32,307 nt of DNA, taken from Thermoplasmata archaeon (GTDB taxonomy: Archaea > Thermoplasmatota > Thermoplasmata > RBG-16-68-12). The DNA is taken from the NCBI GenBank assembly GCA_035639595.1, contig DASQXV010000028.1:1-32307 (forward strand), given 5' to 3'. Position 1 is the first letter of the stretch; each line of letters starts with the position of its first letter. The position numbers were made by a program, and so were the translations under genes. Below, piece by piece: positions 24,615-32,307 of the stretch. The notes beneath the pieces were generated by a model. That model saw only the letters and a list, made by a program, of their open reading frames with translations, was not told the origin of the DNA and made no database searches.

Positions 24615-25796
24615 GTGAAGAGGCCTCGGGGCCCGCGGACTCGAGCCGTCCACGGTCCGCGACGCCCAGGACCCGGCCCCCTGGTGACCCCGATCGTGGC
24701 GAGTTCCACCTGGCGGCTATCGTCGGCGAAGGAGGGCGCGGACCTCGCGGTCGCCACCGCCCCCGAGGCGTACTATTCGCGGTGGGGCAATCCGACGGTC
24801 CGGGACCTCGAGGATGCGCTCGCAGACCTTGAGGGTGGGGCCCGCGCCCTGGCGACGGGGTCGGGGATGGGCGCGATCGCGTCCGCGATCCTGGCCTGCG
24901 TCGATGGGGGGACCCATGTCGTCGCGGGCGCGAGCCTCTATACGGCCACGACGGAAATCTTCAACCGACTGCTCCCCAGGTTCGGCGTCGAGACGACGTT
25001 CGTGGACCCTCGTCGGGCGGGCGCTTGGAAGGCCGCGGTCCGGCCCGAGACCCGGCTGGTCTACATCGAGACGCCCGCGAACCCGACGATGATGATCACG
25101 GATCTGCGAGAGGCGGTCGCCGCGGCGAAGTCCGTCCGTGCGACGACCCTCGCGGACAACACCTTCGCGTCGCCGATCCACCAGCGGCCGATCGAATTCG
25201 GGGTCGACGTCGTCCTTCATAGCGCAACGAAGTATCTGGGCGGCCACAGCGACGTGGTCGCCGGGGCCGTCATCACGCGGACGAAGGATCTGTTCGACCG
25301 CATCTGGTTCGTCTACAAGATGCTAGGGCCAACCTTGGGCCCCTTCGAGGCGTTCCTCGTCCGTCGAGGACTGAAGACGCTCCCCCTCCGGATGCAGGCT
25401 CAGACCGCGAGTGCCCAGGCCCTCGCCGAGTCCTTGGAGGGCCGTTCCGCCGTCCGCGTCGTCCACTATCCCGGCCTTCGGTCCTTCCCACAGCACGATC
25501 TCGCGCGGCGGCAGATGTCGGGTTTCGGCGCGATGCTGAGCTTCGAGCTGAAGGGCGGGTATCGCGCGGGGAAACGGTTCGTGGAGTCGGTCGAGGTCGC
25601 GACGCTCGCCGTGAGCCTCGGAGGGACGGAGACCCTGGTCCAGCATCCCGCGTCGATGACCCATGGACCCCTGACGGACGACGAGCGGCGCACGAGCGGG
25701 ATTTCGGAAGGGCTCGTCCGGGTGAGCGTCGGGCTCGAGGATCCCGAAGACCTGATCGAGGACTTCGACCGATCCCTCCGCAAAGCGTCCCGCTGA
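24615..25796 (+). CDS. Cys/Met-metabolism PLP-dependent enzyme (cystathionine gamma-synthase / beta-lyase / methionine gamma-lyase family)
   Basis: GTG start at 24615. Contains TRAVHG..., ATGSGMGAI and the PLP-lysine motif SATKYLGGHSDVVAG. 393 aa. Confidence 0.9.
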   Translation: MKRPRGPRTRAVHGPRRPGPGPLVTPIVASSTWRLSSAKEGADLAVATAPEAYYSRWGNPTVRDLEDALADLEGGARALATGSGMGAIASAILACVDGGTHVVAGASLYTATTEIFNRLLPRFGVETTFVDPRRAGAWKAAVRPETRLVYIETPANPTMMITDLREAVAAAKSVRATTLADNTFASPIHQRPIEFGVDVVLHSATKYLGGHSDVVAGAVITRTKDLFDRIWFVYKMLGPTLGPFEAFLVRRGLKTLPLRMQAQTASAQALAESLEGRSAVRVVHYPGLRSFPQHDLARRQMSGFGAMLSFELKGGYRAGKRFVESVEVATLAVSLGGTETLVQHPASMTHGPLTDDERRTSGISEGLVRVSVGLEDPEDLIEDFDRSLRKASR

Positions 25797-25833
25797 CCGA
25801 ACGTCGAGGGGATGGAGGGACCGACTCGTCCTT

Positions 25834-28800
25834 TCAGGGGGCGACGCCGAGCTGTGCGGCGAGGGCCCGCAGCTCCGCCTCCTTGTCGCGGAGTTTCTGC
25901 TCCCGGTCCAGGAGCTCCATCGCCTTCTTCTGGATGATCTTCACGCGGTTCTCGACGTCCTTCTTCCATTCTTCCATCGCGGCGGACGAGGGCCCGCTCC
26001 CTTTGTCGATCTCGGTGAGCCGCGCCCGGAGCCGGTCTACCTCGGCCTGGAGTCGGCCCGCCCGGGTCTCCAGCTCCAATCGGTCCGCCTCGATCGCGCG
26101 CTCCTTCCCTTCGAGGATCTCCGCCCGCGTGTCGAGCGCCCGCTCCTCGTGTTCGACCGCGGCCTCCCGCTCCCGGAGCTTCTCCTCCTTGTCCAGGACG
26201 TCGAGCGCCTTCTTCTGGAGGAACCGGAGGTTCTTCGAGACCTCCGCCTGCATCCCTTCCGCTTGGACGCGCAGCTTCTCCGCGTCGCCCCTCGACGCGC
26301 CGGCTGCCCGCAGCTCCTCCTCGGCCCGGGCCCGCTGCGCCTCGATTTCCTGACGGGCCTTCTCGAGGCCCCTCAAGCCTTCCGCGAGCTGGCCTTCCCG
26401 ACCCGCGAGCGAGGACTCGCGGCGCCCGAGCTCCGATTCGAGGGACCGCACCTTCTCCTCGCGGGCCATGAGATCCCGTTCCTTCTTCGTCAGGTCCTCC
26501 ATCAGGTTGTCCGCCCGTTGGAGTTCCGTCGTCATCATGTGCTCCTTCTGAGCAGCCTCCGCGAGCTTCGCGTCCAGGATCGAGCTTCGCGTCTCGAGGT
26601 CCTTCTGACGGGCCGCGAGCTGCTGGCCGAGGGTGGCGAGCCGGGTCGTCTCGAGGTCGATCGTCCCCTTGCGGGTCCTCAGTTCCGTGGCCGCCGCGGT
26701 CGCCTGCTTCTCCGAGTCCACGAGTTTCGCGGACCGGACCTCCAGGTCCCGCGTCGCACTCGCGATCTCCGCTTCCTTGGCCGCCAACTTCTGCGATGCT
26801 TCCTGGAGGCGCGCGAGCGTCGCCTGAGCCTCGCGTTCCGACTTGTCCACTTCGGACCTCCGTCGCTCCAGCTGGGTGAGTTGGTTCGCGGCGTCGGCGA
26901 CCTGTCGCTTCGCCGCCTTCTCTGCCTCGTCGGCGACGAGGGCCCGCCGCTGGGATTCCGCGATGATCCGCTCCGTCTGCTGGGCCTGCGCCGCGGTCGC
27001 GTCCCGGGTCGCCTCGAGCTGTTTCAGCTCCTCCGATCGCTTCACGGCCCAGGTCGACCTTTCCGACTCGAACGCCTGCCGCGCCCTGAGGAGGTCCGCC
27101 TCCATCGTCTTCAACTCGGCAAGGCGACCTTCGGAGCGGCTCCAGGCCGCTTCGGCCTCCGAAGCCTTCGCGCTCGCAGCCTTCGCCTGTGCTTCGAGCT
27201 TCGAGCGTTCGAGCTGGAGCTGGGTCGTCGCGGCCCGCAACGACCGTTCCCGCGCCTCGACGTCCTCGAGGCGCTGCGCGAGCTCCGCCGACCGGGATTC
27301 CACGGTCGCGGTGATCTGCCGCTTCTCGTTGCGGAACGCGGCTTGGAGGGCCTCCAACTGCTGGCGCTTCTCCCGTTCCTCGGCCTCGAACTTCTTGACC
27401 GTCTCGTCGAACTGGGAGGCCCGGGTGTTCAGGTCCCCCTCTCGGCGGACGAGACCCATCGCCTGGGCCGCCAACTCCGTCGTCCGGGACTCCGCCTGCC
27501 GTTCCTTCGACTCGAGTTCTCGAATCCGCGCGTCCACCTCTTCTTCTTCGGCCCGGAGCTCCGCCTCCCGCGCGGCCAAGGCCTTCTCTCGGATCGCCAT
27601 CTCCTTCGCCTTCGCCCCGAGGGTGTCCTGGAGCACGGTCGAGTCGCGCTCGATCCGTTCCCGCTCCGCCCGGACCTCCGCCTCGCGGGCGGCGAGGGAT
27701 TGCCGCATCGCCTCGGTCTCCGTCCGGACGCGGGCGGACTCCGCCTCGTACCGGTCCCTCAGTTGCTCGAGCTCGAGCTGCTGCGCCTCCAGCTGCTTCC
27801 CCGTCTCCTGGACCGTGGCGCGCTCGTGCTCCAACCGAGCGGCCTCGGACCGCAACGCTTCCTCCGTCGTGGCGATCTTCCCTTCGCGGTCCGTGAGTTC
27901 ACGGGCCTTCTCGTCCAAGCGCTGGGACATCTTCTGGAGGTTCAGGTCGGCCTCGTGAATCCGTTCCGTCTGGGCGATCCGGTCCCGCTCGAATTCCATC
28001 CGCTTCGCATTGAGGTCCGCCTCGAGCGCGTTCAGCGTGTTCGTCCGCTTCGTGAGCTCGACCGCGTGGCGGGCGGCGTCCTCTCGGAGGGCGCGTTCCC
28101 GGGAACCGACCTCCATGGCTTCCTGTTCCACCTCTTGCTTCAGCCGCTCCCCCTCCGCCTTCAACTGAGCCGCCTGTCGGGAGGCCTCTTGGACCGCGGC
28201 CTCACGGCGGGTCAGCTCCTCCTTGTTCTGGGCGACCCACTCCAGGTCGGCCCGGACCTTCTCCTCCTGCTCCGCAGCCTTGGCCTCGCGGCGCTCGACG
28301 CGCATGACCCGATCCGACCACGAATCGCGGGCGGCCGCGGCCTCTTGTTCAAACGTTTCCTTCTGTTCCTTGAGCAGGGCCTGCTGGGATTCGAGGGTCG
28401 CCTGCCACGTCCGGAGTTCCTCCGCCCGCCGCGTCTCCTCCTCGCGGAGTCGCGCGGCCTTGCCATCGAGTTCCTTCGCGAGGGTCGCGAGTTCCTCCTT
28501 GCGGGCGCCTAAATCGGCGCGCTCCTTGTCCAACCGAGCGCCCTCGATTTCGACGGACTCCTCGCGGCCGGCGAGTTCCGCGATCCGTCGGGAATTGTCC
28601 TCGGCCTGGGACCGGACGGACTCCTCCTTTTCCAGGAGGGACTGTTCGCGGGCCTCGACCTCGATCTCCTTCGCGAGGATCGCCTGGTTCTTCTCGTTCC
28701 TCGACCGCTCGAACGTATCCCGGTCCGACGCGAGCCGCAACTGCTGTTCTCCAATCTCCTTGGCCTGGCCCGCGAGGTCCTCTTGGCGGCGCCGGAGTTC

Positions 28801-31800
28801 CTCTTCGTAATGGGCCGTGCGATCCTGGAATTCGTTCCGATCGGATTCGAAGGAGGCGCGGGCCTCCTCGATGACCACGCGGTCCTCCGATAGGGCGACC
28901 TCGCGGGCTTCGAGTTCCCGGAATCGGGACGCCAGCTCCGCCAACTGTGCGTCCGCGTCGGACTTTTCGTCCCGCGCCCTTGCTTCGGCCGCTTTCGCCG
29001 CGGCCTCTCGGCCGGCGAGCTCGGCCTCGAACGGCGCGAGGCGTCCCTCCCTCGCCACGAGTTCCTGAGCTTTCGCCGCCGCGTCCGCCTCGGCCTTCTC
29101 GACCTCGGCGACCCGCGCGTCCACGGATTGCTTGAATTCGAGGAGATCCCTCTGTTCCGTTTCGAAACGCTGACGGGCCGCGGCGAGCTCCTCGTTCCCG
29201 GTTCGGATCTGAGCCTCCCGCGCCTCGGCCGCTTCGATCCGCCCCTGGATTGCGGCGGCCTCGGAGGCCAGGCGGTCCTTCTCCGCCGCGAGGCGCTCCT
29301 CCTCCCGCGCGATCCCCCCCTTCCGCTCGTCCAACGCGGCCTCCGCGGACACCACCGCCGACTCCCGCGCCGCGAGGGACTCCGCCTTCGCAGCGAGCCT
29401 GGCCTCTTCCTCCCGAGCCTGCGCCTCGCGCGAATCGAAGCCCGCGCGCGTCGCTTCCACCTCGCGGGCCAGGACGTCCATCGCCTGCCGCTCTTCCAGG
29501 AGTCGGGACTCTCGGAGCTTGACGTCCGAGTCCGCGGCCGCGATCGCGGTCTGGTCAGCCTCGATCTTCGTCCGGACCCGATCGATCTCTTCCTGCGTCG
29601 CGCGGAGTTCGCCCGCGCGAGCCTCGAGCTCGGCCCGCTTCTGTTCCAGCTCGCGCGCCCTCGCATCGAGCTCGCCCTCCCGGGTGCGGGCCTCCGCCAG
29701 GCGCTCTTTCACCGCATCCGCGAACTTGTCCTGGACCTGGACGAGCATCTCCCGTGCGAACTCGACCTGCTCCAACGTCACCGGCCCGTACGCGAGGAGG
29801 ACGACCGCCATGGCGTCGCCACGGACGGTCTGGCCGCGGTACTTCTCGACCTTGACGGGTTTCTCGACCGCGTCCAAGACGCCCGCCTGGACCGCTTGAT
29901 CGTAGGTCACGCGGCACGACGGATCCAGGGTGAATTCCCTGAGCATTCGATTCTTCTCGTCCACGAGGAAGGCCTTCGCGGGCCTCCAGCGCGCGCGTTG
30001 CACCAGCATGGCAATCACCACAAAGACTCCGATCGGCGGGACCGCGAAGTACGAGGCCTGCCACCACGGCGAAACGAGGATCGCCCGCGCGGGACGGGAG
30101 GCCGTCGCGGCGCCGTCGGAAATCGTGACCGTGAAATCGGCCTGCGGGCGATCGCTCGGGAGGGCGATCGTCAGCGTGTGGCCGCTCACCGAGACGTACG
30201 GGCTGTCCGTCGTCACGGTGATCGAGGAGAGGGGCGTGTCGATGTCGCTGATGTACGGGGTCAGGTCGAAGGAAGCCGAGGTCCCGGGGTCGAGTCGGAA
30301 CTCGGGGAGTGGGGCCAGGATCGGCGCGTCGTTCACGGGCCGCACGAGGACCACGAGGGGCGCTTCGACGAACGCGCCCGTCGGGTCGGTCGCCCGCACC
30401 CGCAAAGTCTCCGACCCCGACCAGTTCGCGGCCGCCCACAGGTCGACCGTCCCGTCCCCGTTGATTCGGAAGGCGACGTCCTGGGCTCCCAGGATGGAGA
30501 AGGTCAGCGGCTCCCCGTCGGCGTCGGAGAAGTGGGCCGTCACGTTGCCCGCGAGCGCGTTGAGGTCGATCGTGTCCTCGTCAAATGCGACGGAGGAGAA
30601 GGGAGCCGTGACGACGGGCGGATACGCGGACACCACGCGCACCGCCGCGGTCCCGGAAAAGGCGCCGGAGCTCGCCTGCACCGCGCCGGACGCGGGAGGC
30701 GCGCGGGCGCTGAACGTCACGGCGCTCCCCGAGGACGCGTTCAACGTGCCGACGCCTCCGAGGACCGACCAGGTGAAGCTCACGCCTCCAACCATGTTGT
30801 CCCAGGCGTCGAAGCCTTGCGCCGCGAAGGCCTGCGTGTCGAGGGCCCGGAGGCTCACGTTGCTCGGCGAGACCGCGATCCGCGCGAGGGGTCCCGGAGA
30901 GACGAGGACGGATCCGCTGAGCCCGCTCGCGGCGAGGTACGTCGCACGCAGACGGATCGTCTCCGCCTTCGTGTACGTCTGGGTCGTGAGGGTCGCGGTC
31001 CCTCCCGCGGAAATCGCCATCGTCGTCGTCCCGAGCGTGCCGCCTCCGGGCGTGACCCCGTCCGCGAGGCGAGCCGTCAGGGCCACGACGCCGGTCCAAC
31101 CGGTCATCGTGAAATTCCCGGCGTCCTTCGCCGCCACGGTGACGGTGAAGGGACTCCCTGCGGTCGCAGCGGGCGAAACGGCCACGTAGAAGTGGTCGAG
31201 ATTGTGCAGGAAGGTAAGCCGAATCTCGGTCAGGGTGGGAGAGACGAGGGGATCGGTCGTCGTCAGCGAGGCTCGGAAGCGAATCCGGCCGGAGGTCGTC
31301 GGCACGCCCGCGAGATTGGCGGGCGGCGAGACGGCGCTCCAGGTGGCCCCGGAGTCCAGGGAGTACTCGTACGCGATCGACTGCCCATTCGCCGCCTGGA
31401 CCACGGTCAGGTTCCCCCATCCCGCGAGATCCGAGGGGACGAGATCGTTCGTCGTCAGCGTCCCCGCGGACAGGTAGCGGGACCACGACAGGTTGACGTC
31501 GCCCACGACGGGCGTGTGGTCCGGGAGCACGACCCCAAGCTCGAGCCGGAACTCGATGTACCCGGAGGCGGCGCCGATGGCCGAGCCGGTCGATGACGCG
31601 TACGGGACAGACCATCCGCTCCAGGTCCCATCGACGGGGCTGACGTTGCCCGTCCGGGTGCGGACCGTCACCGTCGTATCGGGATCGTGGGCGACTCGAA
31701 CGTAGTCGACGTCCGTCGCGAGGGCGGTCCCGGACAATCCGTCCGCGGTGTAAAGGGCCAGCCGGACCTGCAGCGGGTATTCGAGGGCCGGGACGTAGGT

Positions 31801-32307
31801 GTCCTGCAGCGTCCAGGACGTCCCGTCCGAGCTCGTCGACGAGGTGAAGGTGTTCCCGGCCCGTTGGATCCGGACCCAGGCCGGGTTTGGGTTCCCGCTG
31901 TTCATGTCGACACGGGTGGTGGTCACGGCGTCGACCGTCGACCGAATCCTCCAGTTCACCGTGCCCGTCCCGAGCACGTATTGCTTTCCAACGTTGTACC
32001 AGTCGCGGGGACCGAGGAGGGCCATCAAGCCGGCCTTCTGCCCGTTCAAGGTGGGACTCGTGGTGAATTTCATCGTCGCGGTGAAGTTGCCGACGACCTC
32101 GTTCGCCAGCACGTTGCCTGTGAAGGTCGGACCGATGAGGTCGCACGCGGTGCACGAGACCACATGCAGGTGACCCGGCGTCGTCGTCCCGACATCGTAC
32201 GTGGCCGGCGGATTCGTCCAGGTCCACTTCGGATCGAGGGACGCCCCGTTGAACTCATCGGTGATCAGGGAACGGTCAGTCCGGTTCCAGGAGATCGTCC
32301 CCCAATT
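25834..32307 (-). CDS. Giant single-pass membrane protein (partial, N-terminus off the window): lectin/Ig/cadherin-like ectodomain, TM helix, alpha/beta module, ~1,290-aa coiled coil
   Basis: Stop codon at 25834..25836. The track starts the ORF at a GTG at 32163. My translation of 32164..32307 in the same frame is stop-free and domain-continuous (NWGTISWNRTDRSLITDEFNGASLDPKWTWTNPPATYDVGTTTPGHLH-VVSCTAC...). At least 2,157 codons are visible. Confidence 0.85.
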   Translation of the reverse strand, partial: NWGTISWNRTDRSLITDEFNGASLDPKWTWTNPPATYDVGTTTPGHLHVVSCTACDLIGPTFTGNVLANEVVGNFTATMKFTTSPTLNGQKAGLMALLGPRDWYNVGKQYVLGTGTVNWRIRSTVDAVTTTRVDMNSGNPNPAWVRIQRAGNTFTSSTSSDGTSWTLQDTYVPALEYPLQVRLALYTADGLSGTALATDVDYVRVAHDPDTTVTVRTRTGNVSPVDGTWSGWSVPYASSTGSAIGAASGYIEFRLELGVVLPDHTPVVGDVNLSWSRYLSAGTLTTNDLVPSDLAGWGNLTVVQAANGQSIAYEYSLDSGATWSAVSPPANLAGVPTTSGRIRFRASLTTTDPLVSPTLTEIRLTFLHNLDHFYVAVSPAATAGSPFTVTVAAKDAGNFTMTGWTGVVALTARLADGVTPGGGTLGTTTMAISAGGTATLTTQTYTKAETIRLRATYLAASGLSGSVLVSPGPLARIAVSPSNVSLRALDTQAFAAQGFDAWDNMVGGVSFTWSVLGGVGTLNASSGSAVTFSARAPPASGAVQASSGAFSGTAAVRVVSAYPPVVTAPFSSVAFDEDTIDLNALAGNVTAHFSDADGEPLTFSILGAQDVAFRINGDGTVDLWAAANWSGSETLRVRATDPTGAFVEAPLVVLVRPVNDAPILAPLPEFRLDPGTSASFDLTPYISDIDTPLSSITVTTDSPYVSVSGHTLTIALPSDRPQADFTVTISDGAATASRPARAILVSPWWQASYFAVPPIGVFVVIAMLVQRARWRPAKAFLVDEKNRMLREFTLDPSCRVTYDQAVQAGVLDAVEKPVKVEKYRGQTVRGDAMAVVLLAYGPVTLEQVEFAREMLVQVQDKFADAVKERLAEARTREGELDARARELEQKRAELEARAGELRATQEEIDRVRTKIEADQTAIAAADSDVKLRESRLLEERQAMDVLAREVEATRAGFDSREAQAREEEARLAAKAESLAARESAVVSAEAALDERKGGIAREEERLAAEKDRLASEAAAIQGRIEAAEAREAQIRTGNEELAAARQRFETEQRDLLEFKQSVDARVAEVEKAEADAAAKAQELVAREGRLAPFEAELAGREAAAKAAEARARDEKSDADAQLAELASRFRELEAREVALSEDRVVIEEARASFESDRNEFQDRTAHYEEELRRRQEDLAGQAKEIGEQQLRLASDRDTFERSRNEKNQAILAKEIEVEAREQSLLEKEESVRSQAEDNSRRIAELAGREESVEIEGARLDKERADLGARKEELATLAKELDGKAARLREEETRRAEELRTWQATLESQQALLKEQKETFEQEAAAARDSWSDRVMRVERREAKAAEQEEKVRADLEWVAQNKEELTRREAAVQEASRQAAQLKAEGERLKQEVEQEAMEVGSRERALREDAARHAVELTKRTNTLNALEADLNAKRMEFERDRIAQTERIHEADLNLQKMSQRLDEKARELTDREGKIATTEEALRSEAARLEHERATVQETGKQLEAQQLELEQLRDRYEAESARVRTETEAMRQSLAAREAEVRAERERIERDSTVLQDTLGAKAKEMAIREKALAAREAELRAEEEEVDARIRELESKERQAESRTTELAAQAMGLVRREGDLNTRASQFDETVKKFEAEEREKRQQLEALQAAFRNEKRQITATVESRSAELAQRLEDVEARERSLRAATTQLQLERSKLEAQAKAASAKASEAEAAWSRSEGRLAELKTMEADLLRARQAFESERSTWAVKRSEELKQLEATRDATAAQAQQTERIIAESQRRALVADEAEKAAKRQVADAANQLTQLERRRSEVDKSEREAQATLARLQEASQKLAAKEAEIASATRDLEVRSAKLVDSEKQATAAATELRTRKGTIDLETTRLATLGQQLAARQKDLETRSSILDAKLAEAAQKEHMMTTELQRADNLMEDLTKKERDLMAREEKVRSLESELGRRESSLAGREGQLAEGLRGLEKARQEIEAQRARAEEELRAAGASRGDAEKLRVQAEGMQAEVSKNLRFLQKKALDVLDKEEKLREREAAVEHEERALDTRAEILEGKERAIEADRLELETRAGRLQAEVDRLRARLTEIDKGSGPSSAAMEEWKKDVENRVKIIQKKAMELLDREQKLRDKEAELRALAAQLGVAP
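25837..29720 (-). other. Coiled-coil rod region of the giant protein
   Basis: About 1,290 residues dominated by E/A/R/L/K/Q/D, with more than 20 copies of (A/G/R)-R-E-x-x-hydrophobic. The few G/P interruptions include KGG at ORF aa 948-950, P1044, GASRGD at 1955-1960 and KGSGPSS at 2054-2060. Confidence 0.75.
30001..30054 (-). other. Single transmembrane helix of the giant protein
   Basis: SYFAVPPIGVFVVIAMLV is flanked by PWWQA on the N-terminal side and QRARWRPAK on the C-terminal side. By the positive-inside rule the C-terminal part is cytoplasmic. Confidence 0.7.
30064..32307 (-). other. Predicted extracellular region of the giant protein
   Basis: ConA/LamG-like module (FNGASLDPKWTW...QKAGLMALL...WVRIQRAGNTFTSSTSSDGTSWT, nt ~31690..32307). 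Two further beta modules ending in IEFRLEL and IRFRASL. An Ig-like module (FTVTVAAKDAGNFTMTGWTGVV). A Big_2-like module (IAVSPSNVSLRALDTQAFAAQGFDAWDN). Two cadherin-like modules, the first ending in VNDAP. Confidence 0.65.

Noticed and set aside
26284-26301. RGD tripeptide (GASRGD) within the giant protein
   Set aside because: It lies in the predicted cytoplasmic rod at a coil interruption. A tripeptide match is expected by chance in an R/G/D/E-rich protein.
26149-31596. Very long plus-strand ORFs antisense to the giant gene (26149..28512, 787 aa; 29128..31596, 822 aa; also 26843..27958 and 29930..31189)
   Set aside because: The sense strand uses mainly GAG/GCC/CGC/CTC-type codons, whose complements are also sense codons. 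Antisense stops would require rare TTA/CTA/TCA sense codons. The products are L/R/P/G-rich with no recognisable features.
1-32307. Searched intergenic regions by eye for tRNA T-loop/acceptor features, rRNA, CRISPR-like regularly spaced repeats, IS inverted repeats and integrase or transposase genes
   Set aside because: None was found. The only direct repeats are very short (9-12 nt) or are codon-level redundancy within the coiled-coil gene (for example GAGCTTCGCGTC at 26563 and 26582).

Overview
High-GC (roughly mid-60s % by eye) archaeal chromosomal segment carrying about 30 protein-coding genes on both strands. I found no rRNA, tRNA, CRISPR array, transposase or integrase. Archaeal origin is supported by GatD/GatE, an RPA plus RPA-associated-protein operon, AlaX, a DUF504/MJ1316-type protein and a Sulfolobus/Thermoplasma-type zinc-containing 7Fe ferredoxin. 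It is also supported by T-rich TATA-like boxes centred about 29 nt upstream of several start codons, which implies leaderless mRNAs. A euryarchaeal, possibly Thermoplasmatota-like, lineage is only a guess. Most genes are housekeeping or metabolic: acyl-CoA dehydrogenase, an SDR, two tandem-GNAT acetyltransferases, a COG1032-type radical SAM enzyme, a Bcp-type peroxiredoxin, a ThrC-like enzyme, a LarE-like PP-loop sulfur transferase, an FTR1 iron permease and a Cys/Met-metabolism PLP enzyme. The stand-out is a giant minus-strand gene at the right end (25834..>32307). It has more than 2,157 codons and is still open at the window edge, although the ORF track starts it at a GTG at 32163. It encodes lectin/Ig/cadherin-like ectodomains, one TM helix, a small Roadblock-like alpha/beta module and about 1,290 residues of near-continuous cytoplasmic coiled coil. 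I do not recognise this architecture as a characterised archaeal family. Secondary points are: (1) three membrane proteins with CX2C-X10-CX2C zinc-ribbon tails, one with two perfect RanBP2-type fingers; (2) a NosD/PKD surface protein; (3) a tandem pair of small 4-TM paralogues; (4) a divergent thrC-like/larE-like pair; and (5) several orphan small proteins around gatD/gatE. The many long R/P/G-rich ORFs in the track are off-frame or antisense artefacts of high GC. The track translates GTG/TTG starts as M, so several starts were re-evaluated.
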